Source: Bacteriovoracia bacterium (lineage in GTDB: Bacteria > Bdellovibrionota > UBA1018 > JBFWNL01). From it: a DNA stretch of 64,000 bases. The position numbers were made by a program, and so were the translations under genes. Positions 40,932-49,393 of this stretch are shown piece after piece. The notes beneath the pieces were generated by a model. It ran no database searches. It saw only the letters and a list, made by a program, of their open reading frames with translations, and was not told the origin of the DNA. Every line of letters begins with the position of its first letter. The first letter of the stretch is position 1. The stretch spans positions 128,001-192,000 of the forward strand of contig JBFWNL010000003.1 of NCBI GenBank assembly GCA_050251055.1, in the 5' to 3' direction.

Positions 40932-41939
40932 TCACATCCGCCCCATACTTTCCGAAAATGCGAGCCAAAGCGAAAGCGCAAGAAGGCCCAGAACGCCGGG
41001 GGCGACGCAGACAAAGAGCGGCTTGAGCACCCGGGTCGCCAGCACACTCAACTCCTGATCCACGCACGCGCGAAGTTCCTGGGTCAAGGAGGTGAGAGCG
41101 GCCTCAACGCGCTCCAAGCAGGGTTTCCCTTGCATCAGGCTGGATTGGATCGCCTTTCGGAAGGAGTCGCCCGCGCCGAGCAAAGCCTGGGTTGACCTGC
41201 CCGGCGCCCGGACAAAGGCCGGTGTGGGTACCCAAATCTGTGCGCCCCACGTATGCGCCAGCTCGGGCGCGTGTCGAGCCAAGAAATCCAGCGCGCCATT
41301 CCAAGCCAAGTCCGGAGGGGTCCCCCCCCGCACCAGCGCCAGAAACCGCTCACCCGCGCACTGCGCACCGAAAGGCCAACCGCGCGCCTTCAACGGCAGC
41401 CCACCCCAACGCGCCTGATCGGCGAGCCTTCGAATCCAATACGCACCTCCGACGCCACCTCCGAGCGCGGCCGCCGTACCCGTGAACCAAACCATCGCGT
41501 GGGCCCTAACCTCGGGAATAAGCACCCATAATCCTGCGCTGGCCAGAGGTACGAGAGCGAGGCATGTGAAAGCTTGAAATCCCGCTTGCGCCGAACGCGC
41601 CCGCGATTCCTGCAGATTTTCCAGGGAATTTTCAACCAACGCACGTAACCGCTTCACGGTCGGTAAGAGACTGGCTCCTCGGCTTCTTAACTCCTGCAGA
41701 CTTTCGCCCACCACCGTGCCCCAAGGCGGGGCAAGCTCCCGTGATCGACGCCAAAGCTCGTCGTCCGGAATCAGGCCCGCTTCAATCGTGTCCTGCAGCT
41801 CCCAAAGCACCGCCTGCACGGTGCGCAAACTGAGCTCGCCCATCCCTTCTCCCCGCGGGGAAAAGAGAGGCACGATCGCTAGCGCTCCCAAATGAACCGC
41901 ACGCGCGGCGAAAAAACACGTTCCAATCCAAAGCACCAT
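40932..41939 (-). CDS. TadB/TadC-like (T2SS F-family) membrane protein, possibly two fused modules
   Basis: Two GspF-like halves (ELRSRGASL...RSAQAGFQA+TM; GGTPPDLAW...LATRVLKPLF+TM). Confidence 0.65.
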   Translation of the reverse strand: MVLWIGTCFFAARAVHLGALAIVPLFSPRGEGMGELSLRTVQAVLWELQDTIEAGLIPDDELWRRSRELAPPWGTVVGESLQELRSRGASLLPTVKRLRALVENSLENLQESRARSAQAGFQAFTCLALVPLASAGLWVLIPEVRAHAMVWFTGTAAALGGGVGGAYWIRRLADQARWGGLPLKARGWPFGAQCAGERFLALVRGGTPPDLAWNGALDFLARHAPELAHTWGAQIWVPTPAFVRAPGRSTQALLGAGDSFRKAIQSSLMQGKPCLERVEAALTSLTQELRACVDQELSVLATRVLKPLFVCVAPGVLGLLALSLWLAFSESMGRM

Positions 41940-41947
41940 GCCTGCCG

Positions 41948-42220
41948 CTAGGCAAAGCGCGTGCCCGGGGGCGGGGGTGGGATCTCGTGGTAAAGATGCG
42001 CGATCGTAGCCAAAACTTGATCCACCTCCACCGAGAAATCCGGCGGGACATTCAAGACCAGATCACGATAGTGCGCACCGACCGGCGCCTCGAGCGTCGA
42101 ATAACTGGCGATCCCCTCGTAAGATTCAAAGAGGCAATACACGAAAGCCGAATCTTCCTTACGGACGCGGATGAAACGCTTGCCAAACTTCGGAATCGAG
42201 TGCGGATGAAGCACGGACAT
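41948..42220 (-). CDS. DUF4911-like protein
   Basis: RVRKEDSAFVYCLFESYEGIASYSTL. Confidence 0.7.
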   Translation of the reverse strand: MSVLHPHSIPKFGKRFIRVRKEDSAFVYCLFESYEGIASYSTLEAPVGAHYRDLVLNVPPDFSVEVDQVLATIAHLYHEIPPPPPGTRFA

Positions 42221-42318
42221 AGGCAGTAACTACCACATTTCGCCCGATTTAGTGCCAATGCCTTGACGCATGAAGGATGAGTGGTTGCCGCCCTCTCGAA
42301 TAGTGTTACCCTGATGAT

Positions 42319-43296
42319 ATGAGGCACCTTTTCACGTTTGCACCGTCCTTGTTCATTAGCGTCGCCACCCTAGCCACCCTGAGTCTAGGGGCGAATGGTT
42401 GCGCATCCACTCCAAAGTCGACTGAACCTACCGTCGAAGCCGAGAACCATGCACCGCCCCCTCCGACCGAGAGCGAGCTCCTTCGCGAGCAAGTGGCGCA
42501 TCTCACTTCGACCGTAGCGACCCTCGAGAAAAAACTCGGAGAAGCGGAACAGAAGATGGGCATGATGAACGACAAGATCAACGCCGCGAACGCGACCCAG
42601 GCGATCGCGCTCAAGAAGCAGACCGGGAAGATAAAAACCTCACCGATCTCCGTCCACCCGGCCGATGCCCAAGGCGAAGCCGTGGAAGCCGACACGCTGG
42701 CCGACGACCCCGAAGCCGAATACGCGCGGGACGCCTCAATCCAGAAATTTCGCGACGCCATGGTGCTCTTCGACGGCGGCAAATACGCTGAATCCGTCCT
42801 CCAGTTTTCCAATTTCCTGCAGAACCAGCCCGATCACGTGCTCGCGGGAGCCGCGCAGTACCACGTAGGTGAAGCGTACTTCAAGCAGAGGGAATTCCGC
42901 TTGGCTCTCGACGAATACCAACGCGTGATCGTTTCCTACGACCGTAGCAGCTACACGCCAGAAGCCTTGCGCCGGATGGCCGAATGCGAGGATCAGCTGA
43001 ACCGCCCGAAAGTGGCCGCTCGCCATCGCCAGCAGCTACTGGCGCTCTTTCCCCAAAGTCCGGCCGCTGCCGGCATCCGCGTGGATACGCCATCGGCGCC
43101 CGCGATGGCTGCTCGCCCAACCCAAGGCGTGGCCACCCCTGCCTCCGAGGAAGTCCCCGCGGTGGAAGCGGCTCCCGTGCATCTGCCAGGCAGCACGCCG
43201 GAAACCGCCCCGGCGCCGGGTTCACCCACGAGCCAAAATTTGCAGTTACCCAGTCAAAGCGCGGCGGCCCACGCCGTATTGGATGAAGGCGAATGA
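42319..43296 (+). CDS. cpoB: CpoB/YbgF-like TPR lipoprotein
   Basis: Lipobox ANGC, coiled coil, three TPRs (AQYHVGEAYF, FPQSPAA), Pro/Ala-rich tail. Confidence 0.75.
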   Translation: MRHLFTFAPSLFISVATLATLSLGANGCASTPKSTEPTVEAENHAPPPPTESELLREQVAHLTSTVATLEKKLGEAEQKMGMMNDKINAANATQAIALKKQTGKIKTSPISVHPADAQGEAVEADTLADDPEAEYARDASIQKFRDAMVLFDGGKYAESVLQFSNFLQNQPDHVLAGAAQYHVGEAYFKQREFRLALDEYQRVIVSYDRSSYTPEALRRMAECEDQLNRPKVAARHRQQLLALFPQSPAAAGIRVDTPSAPAMAARPTQGVATPASEEVPAVEAAPVHLPGSTPETAPAPGSPTSQNLQLPSQSAAAHAVLDEGE

Positions 43297-44864
43297 AAAC
43301 AAAGCCACGGAAGGTTCTGTTAGCCATCTCGACGTTAAATCTGCTCGCCGCCAGCGGCGCCTACGCCGCCAAGGCCCCGGCCATATCTCCCGAAGAGGAA
43401 GCGGCCCAGCTGGCGAAGAAGCTGCAACCCATCTCGGATGCGCGTTGGTCGGAAATCACGGGCACCAAATCGCGAGAAAACTATCTCATTACCAAGGGTG
43501 ACACGCTTTACGACGTGTCCACGCGGCTCTTCGGCGACGGTAAGTATTGGCCGAAGATCTGGTCGATCAACAACGGAGCCATCACGAACCCCCACCTGAT
43601 TTATCCCGGCAACCAGGTCGCCTTCATGCCGGGTACGGGCACTTCCCTGCCAACGGTGGCGATCACCGCCTTGACCCAGACCTACGTCGACGCCGATATC
43701 GTGATTCCTAAACCCCCAAACGGCAAGGTAAACGGAGAGTGGACCGAGCTGCCCCGGCAGCGCTGGGAAACCGTCTCCGTCCAGCTACCCACGGGCATCG
43801 ATCCGCAGGGATTTGACTCTCGCAGTAAGATTCGCTTCCACGAAAGCACGGGCATCACTTTGCCCTCGTTCGCGCAATCGGCGGAACTTACTTCCTTGGG
43901 CGACATCAATTTTTCTAAGGAACCCTCCGCGGGTCTCAGCATCGGCGACGGCGTGTATATCGAAGCCAAAGGCGACCTTCAGCTAGGCGAGAGCTATACC
44001 GTTACCCAAGAACCGGAGTCACTGGATCCGTATGGGCAGGATCGTTCGGGCTACCTCTATCAGAATCTCGGCACGGTCAAAGTCGTCGGCGTGCGCTCGA
44101 ACCTTTTTCTGGGCGTCATCACCGCCGCTTCGCAGCCCATCACGCGCGGTACTTTCATCATTCCATTCATCCGTCCCCACGACGTTCCCGCGCCGATTCC
44201 CGGATCCGAGCCACTGGAAGCCGAGATCCTCATCGATCGGCGATCGGCCTCCTACGCGATCGCGGAAAACAAGCACGTGTTTATTGATCGTGGCAGTGAT
44301 GACGGCGTGCAGCCTGGCATGGTGTTCCGCGCGTACCAGAATAAGGACCCCGGAACGAAGCAAGAGTTCCCCGATGCCAACTTCGTACGCGAGGCCGACT
44401 TCCTCGTGATCGCCACGACGCCTCAGTTCTCGACCGCACTCACGATCTACTCCAGCTACACGATCGACGACGGACACCCCGTCATTCTGCTCACGGACGT
44501 CTCCGATGTCTACGGCCAGCGCAACACGCTGGGTGGCGGCGACGATCTTGACCAACTGGATCCGGGCGGCACGCTGAGCGACGAAGAGCGCAAGGAACTT
44601 CAACAACTCGAAGATTGGAAGGGAAATCCGGAAGAAGAAGCACTGCCGGAAGAAGACCTCGACGCCCCGCCGGTCGACGAAGAAGCGCCGACGGAAGCCC
44701 CTGCGGAGTCCGCGCTGGAGGAAGAGCTTCCACCGCTCGACGACGCTCCGCCACCGGCCGAGGAAGTCCCCTTGACGTCGGAACCGCCGGCCGAAGAAGT
44801 GCCGACGGACGAGTTCCCCGCGGACGAACCGCCGCCGGTCGAAGACTTCCCGATCACCCAATAA
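43293..44864 (+). CDS. LysM peptidoglycan-binding protein with acidic Pro-rich tail
   Basis: Signal peptide; YLITKGDTLYDVS...YWPKIWSIN...ITNPHLIYPG; VFIDRGSDDGV.PG; usual position before dprA. Confidence 0.85.
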   Translation: MKTKPRKVLLAISTLNLLAASGAYAAKAPAISPEEEAAQLAKKLQPISDARWSEITGTKSRENYLITKGDTLYDVSTRLFGDGKYWPKIWSINNGAITNPHLIYPGNQVAFMPGTGTSLPTVAITALTQTYVDADIVIPKPPNGKVNGEWTELPRQRWETVSVQLPTGIDPQGFDSRSKIRFHESTGITLPSFAQSAELTSLGDINFSKEPSAGLSIGDGVYIEAKGDLQLGESYTVTQEPESLDPYGQDRSGYLYQNLGTVKVVGVRSNLFLGVITAASQPITRGTFIIPFIRPHDVPAPIPGSEPLEAEILIDRRSASYAIAENKHVFIDRGSDDGVQPGMVFRAYQNKDPGTKQEFPDANFVREADFLVIATTPQFSTALTIYSSYTIDDGHPVILLTDVSDVYGQRNTLGGGDDLDQLDPGGTLSDEERKELQQLEDWKGNPEEEALPEEDLDAPPVDEEAPTEAPAESALEEELPPLDDAPPPAEEVPLTSEPPAEEVPTDEFPADEPPPVEDFPITQ

Positions 44865-44977
44865 CGGCCGCGCCCGCGCGGCGGTAAAACCGGTTTTCAT
44901 ACTAACCGTCCCAAGCAGGGGGACCTCCGCTGTCTATTGTCTTTTCGATCGGCACCCCGTTCGCAAGGGCTGGAGGC

Positions 44978-45886
44978 ATGGAGCTCACTCCCTCCAACCT
45001 TCCCGGTCATGCCCTCTGGCAGGCTCAACGTCCCCCGACGCGACTATTCGTACGGGGAAAGTGGGGACCTAAACACGCCCACGAGCTGCTCCGGCGACTA
45101 CCGGAGGACGGACTGGCGTGCGTCGGCACGCGCCGAGCGCTGCCGTCACTGTTGCACCAGACCCGCAACTGGATACTCGCGCTACGGGACTCGCGGATCG
45201 TCGTTATCTCCGGGTTGGCCAAAGGAGTGGACACGGTGGCGCATACAGCGGCTCTGGAGGCGGGCTTACCCACCATCGCCGTCGTGGGCGCCGGGCTGGA
45301 CGTCAGTTATCCTCCCGAAAATCACGCGCTCGGCGAGCGAATCGTCGCGGCCGGCGGGCTGATCCTGAGCGAGTTCCCCCTCGGTACGAAGCCATTGGCC
45401 GCTCATTTCATTCACCGCAATCGTCTGATCGCGCGCCTCGCGAAGGCCGTGTGGGTCGTGCAGGCCGCTCATCGTTCGGGAGCGCTCAATACCGCACGCT
45501 GGGCCCGCGACATGGATATCGACTGTTACGCCGTACCTTGCCGCCCCGGTGATCCTGCCCTGGCGGGAAACCAACGGCTCATCGACGACAATCACGCGCG
45601 CCCGTTTTGGGGACCGCATTCGTTGGGCGCCACCTGGTTCGAGCTATCGTCCACCTTCGAGGCGAAAGATTCGAGTGCGGGAACCCGCGCGCCCGCGATT
45701 CAACTTCTCCAAAAAGTATATTCGGCGTCCCGATCCCGGGGAGGCATCAGCGTGCAGGACCTTCATGACTGGGCCATGCAGACGGGGTGGCCATCGGAAA
45801 AATTCTTTTCTGCGCTCGAGGTTGCGACGGAAACCGGAAGCATACTGGATAAAAACGGTATACTGACTTCGGTGAAGTTGAACTAA
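44978..45886 (+). CDS. dprA: DNA-processing protein DprA/Smf
   Basis: VGTRR, ISGLAKGVDTVAH, LSEFPLG, RNRLIA, SGALNTA. Confidence 0.92.
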   Translation: MELTPSNLPGHALWQAQRPPTRLFVRGKWGPKHAHELLRRLPEDGLACVGTRRALPSLLHQTRNWILALRDSRIVVISGLAKGVDTVAHTAALEAGLPTIAVVGAGLDVSYPPENHALGERIVAAGGLILSEFPLGTKPLAAHFIHRNRLIARLAKAVWVVQAAHRSGALNTARWARDMDIDCYAVPCRPGDPALAGNQRLIDDNHARPFWGPHSLGATWFELSSTFEAKDSSAGTRAPAIQLLQKVYSASRSRGGISVQDLHDWAMQTGWPSEKFFSALEVATETGSILDKNGILTSVKLN

Positions 45887-45935
45887 AGAGTTGATTTTTA
45901 CCCCCCTCTTGGCGTTATCATCACTATCATTATAT

Positions 45936-48437
45936 ATGGCGAAAAAAGCTAAAGCCGCGACCGCGTCACCGAAAACCACACCGAAGGCTGCGCCAGCGAA
46001 GGCAAAAAAAGCCCCTAAACCCGCGAAGGCCGCGAAAAACTCTAAGTCCGAGGCCGCTCCCGAAAGCACGGAAGAGCGCGTCATGGTGATGAAGCCCCAG
46101 AAGCCGAAGAAGGCCCTGGTCATCGTCGAGTCGCCCTCCAAAGCCAAAACCATCCAGAAGTATCTCGGCCGCGAGTACATCGTGAAAGCCAGCATCGGCC
46201 ACATCAAGGATCTGCCGAAGAACAAGCTAGGCGTGGACCCCGCCAAGGGATTCGACATTGATTACCAACTCATTCCGGGAAAAAAGAAGGTGCTTGAAGA
46301 GCTACACAAAGCCGTGGAACGCGTGCCGGAATTGTACCTGGCAACTGACCCGGACCGCGAAGGCGAAGCCATCGCGTACCACATTAACGAAGAGCTCGGG
46401 GCGAAGAAGAAAGTTCACCGTATCCTGCTGAATGCGATCACCAAACCCGCCATCTTGGAGGCGATCCAAAATCCGCAGAAGCTGAACATGGACCTCTTCC
46501 AGGCCCAGCAGGCCCGCCGCGTACTCGATCGTCTGGTGGGTTACAAGATCAGCCCCTTACTGTGGGACAAGGTGCGTCGCGGGATTTCCGCCGGACGCGT
46601 GCAGTCGGTCGCGCTCAAGATGGTGGTCGAGCGTGAACGCGAAGTCAAAGCGTTTAAGCCCGACGAGTTCTGGGAGATGGAAGGCACGTTCTCTAAAGAC
46701 GGCCAGGATTTCCGTACCCGCCTTTTCAAGACGAACGGCAAGGACCCAGATCTGACGAATAAGTCACAGGTCGATACGGTACTCGCCGCCATGAAGGGCG
46801 CGAGCTGGACCGTGAAGTCCATCGAACAAAAAGAGCGCTCCCGCCGCGCCCAACCGCCGTTCATCACCAGCCGCCTACAACAGGAAGGCGCCCGCAAGCT
46901 CGGCTTCAGCGCGAAGAAAACGATGATGCTTGCCCAACGCCTCTACGAAGGGGTGGACTTGGGCGATCTCGGCACGACCGGCTTGATCACCTATATGCGT
47001 ACCGACTCCGTGCGTATCGAGCCGGGCGCGCTGGCTTCCGTGCGTGAATATATCGGTAAACAGTACGGGGCCCAGTACCTCCCAGCCGAACCGAACGCAT
47101 ATAAGACGAAAAAAGGCGCGCAGGACGCGCACGAAGCGATCCGTCCCACGTCGCTTGATTTCCCGCCCGAGCGCGTGAAGGGCTTCCTGGAAAAAGACGA
47201 GTTCCGCCTCTACCAACTGATTTGGAACCGATTTGTCTCCTCCCAAATGTCCCAGGCCGTTTACGATCAAACGGCCGTCGATGTCATCACGAAGGACAAA
47301 TCGGGAAACGAGCAAACGTTTCGCGCGACTGGATCCGTCATCAAATTCCCGGGTTTCACCGCCGTCTACGAAGAGCAGGAAAGCGACGCCGCCGCTTCGG
47401 CCGCGGAAAACGAAGACAAGGTCTTGAAGCTGCCAAAAATCGCCCCCGGAGACGCGGTCACGAACAAGGGTTTCGAGCCCTCCCAGCATTTTACGCAACC
47501 GCCTCCCCGCTATTCGGATGCCTCCCTCATTCGCGACCTCGAAGAAAAAGGGATCGGCCGGCCGTCGACTTACGCGTCCATTTTGTCCAATTTGCAGGAT
47601 CGCGAATACGTCGAAAAACGTGACAATAAGTACTATCCCAGCGAATTGGGCGTGGTCGTCACCGACCTTCTGATCGAGAGCTTCCCGGACATCCTGAACG
47701 TCGAGTTCACCGCGGGCATGGAAAACCAGCTCGACGAGATCGAAGAAGGTAAATCCGACTGGCGCAAGACGCTCGGCAACTTCTGGAAGCCGTTCGAAAA
47801 GACACTTGAACAAGCCAAGAAGCACATGAAGAACGTCAAGGCGCAGGAAGTGCCGACGAACATCAAGTGCGACAAATGCAGCAACACCATGGTGATCAAG
47901 TGGGGCAAGTTAGGATCATTTCTCGCCTGCTCGAACTACCCCAACTGCAAGAACACCCAAGATTACAAGAAAGACGACCAAGGCAACATCGTCGTCATCC
48001 CGAAGGAATACACCGACAAAAAGTGCTCCAAGTGCAGTAATCCGATGGTCGTGAAGTCCGGAAAATTCGGCAAGTTCCTAGCCTGTTCCGATTATCCGAA
48101 CTGCAAGACGACCGAAGCTATCACCCTGGGCATCCACTGTCCCGTTTGCAAGGAAGGCGAGATTGCCCAGCGCCAGTCCCGCTTCCGCCGTATTTTCTAC
48201 AGCTGTAACCAGTGGCCGAAGTGCAACTTCGCTTGTTGGGATAAGCCCTTCGTGAAGGAATGTCCCCAGTGCAAGTTCTCGGTCATGATGGAGAAGGTCA
48301 CGAAGCGCGCGGGATTGATGCATAAATGCCCGAATCGCGAGTGCAATCACGTGGAAATCATCGACCCCAACTACCGGCCAGGCGGCGCGGAAGAAGGCAG
48401 CGAGCAAGAAAGCACCGAGTCGGCCACCGTTCAGTAG
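45936..48437 (+). CDS. topA: DNA topoisomerase I
   Basis: LVIVESPSKAKTI, ATDPDREGEAIA, SAGRVQS, GLITYMRTDS (catalytic Tyr), C-terminal zinc ribbons. Confidence 0.97.
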   Translation: MAKKAKAATASPKTTPKAAPAKAKKAPKPAKAAKNSKSEAAPESTEERVMVMKPQKPKKALVIVESPSKAKTIQKYLGREYIVKASIGHIKDLPKNKLGVDPAKGFDIDYQLIPGKKKVLEELHKAVERVPELYLATDPDREGEAIAYHINEELGAKKKVHRILLNAITKPAILEAIQNPQKLNMDLFQAQQARRVLDRLVGYKISPLLWDKVRRGISAGRVQSVALKMVVEREREVKAFKPDEFWEMEGTFSKDGQDFRTRLFKTNGKDPDLTNKSQVDTVLAAMKGASWTVKSIEQKERSRRAQPPFITSRLQQEGARKLGFSAKKTMMLAQRLYEGVDLGDLGTTGLITYMRTDSVRIEPGALASVREYIGKQYGAQYLPAEPNAYKTKKGAQDAHEAIRPTSLDFPPERVKGFLEKDEFRLYQLIWNRFVSSQMSQAVYDQTAVDVITKDKSGNEQTFRATGSVIKFPGFTAVYEEQESDAAASAAENEDKVLKLPKIAPGDAVTNKGFEPSQHFTQPPPRYSDASLIRDLEEKGIGRPSTYASILSNLQDREYVEKRDNKYYPSELGVVVTDLLIESFPDILNVEFTAGMENQLDEIEEGKSDWRKTLGNFWKPFEKTLEQAKKHMKNVKAQEVPTNIKCDKCSNTMVIKWGKLGSFLACSNYPNCKNTQDYKKDDQGNIVVIPKEYTDKKCSKCSNPMVVKSGKFGKFLACSDYPNCKTTEAITLGIHCPVCKEGEIAQRQSRFRRIFYSCNQWPKCNFACWDKPFVKECPQCKFSVMMEKVTKRAGLMHKCPNRECNHVEIIDPNYRPGGAEEGSEQESTESATVQ

Positions 48438-48481
48438 CGCCGCTTTGCTCGAATCGTTTCGTCAAGTCACTCATTCACCGA

Positions 48482-48542
48482 CACCTGGCAGGTAAGCAAA
48501 CTCGTGGAGTCAAAGGGGTGGAGTATGCTTACCCGCCAGGTG
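48482..48542. repeat. Imperfect 22-bp inverted repeat between convergent genes
   Basis: CACCTGGCAGGTAAGCAAACTC / GAGTATGCTTACCCGCCAGGTG, 20 of 22 paired, 17-nt loop. Confidence 0.75.
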
Positions 48543-48571
48543 GGTCTATCCAAAACGGCTAAACTACTTAT

Positions 48572-49225
48572 CTAACGGCAGGCCGTGAGCTCATGGTAGG
48601 AGTGCTGGACGGCGTTTACGTACAGACTTCCGCTCGCGGCCAAGCTGCCATCGGCGGCGGTCAGCTCAATCCGATAGTCGCTTTCGTTGCCGAAATAGTG
48701 ATGCTCGACTTCTTGATATCCACGATGAGTAACCGTTTCCGTGCGGCAGACACGCTCGCGGCCATGCCCCCGGCAAATCGTGTGGCTGGTCGTATAAGTA
48801 CAGCTCTCGGTAGCTTGGCTACGATAATCCACGTTTTCCCGCGCCAAAACCGAAATCGCCACGCCCAGATTCTGACCCGATTCGGCGGCCGAAACCTGCA
48901 GTCCGCCCAAATCATGGGGGACATCGCGGCCCATGCGGTTCTTCACGACTAAAATCGACTGTTGCTTCAGATCAAATGGAACTTTCTTGCCCTGGAGCTT
49001 GAGCACCATGGCTGACTGCACTTCCTTATCCTTGCGCTTGGATGCGAACTGCGCTTCCACGCTCGCGGGGCCAACCGGTACCGTGATGGATTTTTTCTTT
49101 GAGACCGCCAAGGTCATTGGTTGCTTTACTTCGAATTGCTTGAGGTCGTCGAAATCGGATTTGTTACACGCGGCGAAAGCAAGCAACGCCATCGCGGACA
49201 CGCTGATCTGATAAATGTTTTTCAT
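48572..49225 (-). CDS. Hypothetical Cys-hairpin lipoprotein, paralog of 62349..63005
   Basis: Lipobox FAAC; shares FEVKQ, KKK..VPVGP, QFA.K.K..EVQS.M.LKL, CxY...GYQ.VE.HY.G and terminal ACR with its paralog. Confidence 0.8.
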   Translation of the reverse strand: MKNIYQISVSAMALLAFAACNKSDFDDLKQFEVKQPMTLAVSKKKSITVPVGPASVEAQFASKRKDKEVQSAMVLKLQGKKVPFDLKQQSILVVKNRMGRDVPHDLGGLQVSAAESGQNLGVAISVLARENVDYRSQATESCTYTTSHTICRGHGRERVCRTETVTHRGYQEVEHHYFGNESDYRIELTAADGSLAASGSLYVNAVQHSYHELTACR

Positions 49226-49255
49226 AGGTTCCCTCTCTCGTTGTGATCCCGTATC

Positions 49256-49271
49256 AGCAAGGGGTGTGCCA
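49256..49271 (-). promoter_or_regulatory. Sigma-54 -24/-12 promoter
   Basis: Minus strand TGGCACA-CCCC-TTGCT 30 nt upstream of the lipoprotein ATG. Confidence 0.75.
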
Positions 49272-49393
49272 CGCGGGAGGGTGCACTCCCTGCATTTAAA
49301 TGCGTGTACGAGGGAAAAAACTCATCTGACTCGGCGCACACATCGCGTCTTCACCGCACCGGTGCGAAATGGGAGGGCACAAAGAACCCTCGA

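Noticed and set aside
42240-42275. Sigma-54 promoter or palindrome upstream of DUF4911
   Set aside because: TGGCAC lacks a properly spaced TTGC, and TTGACGC is only a half site.
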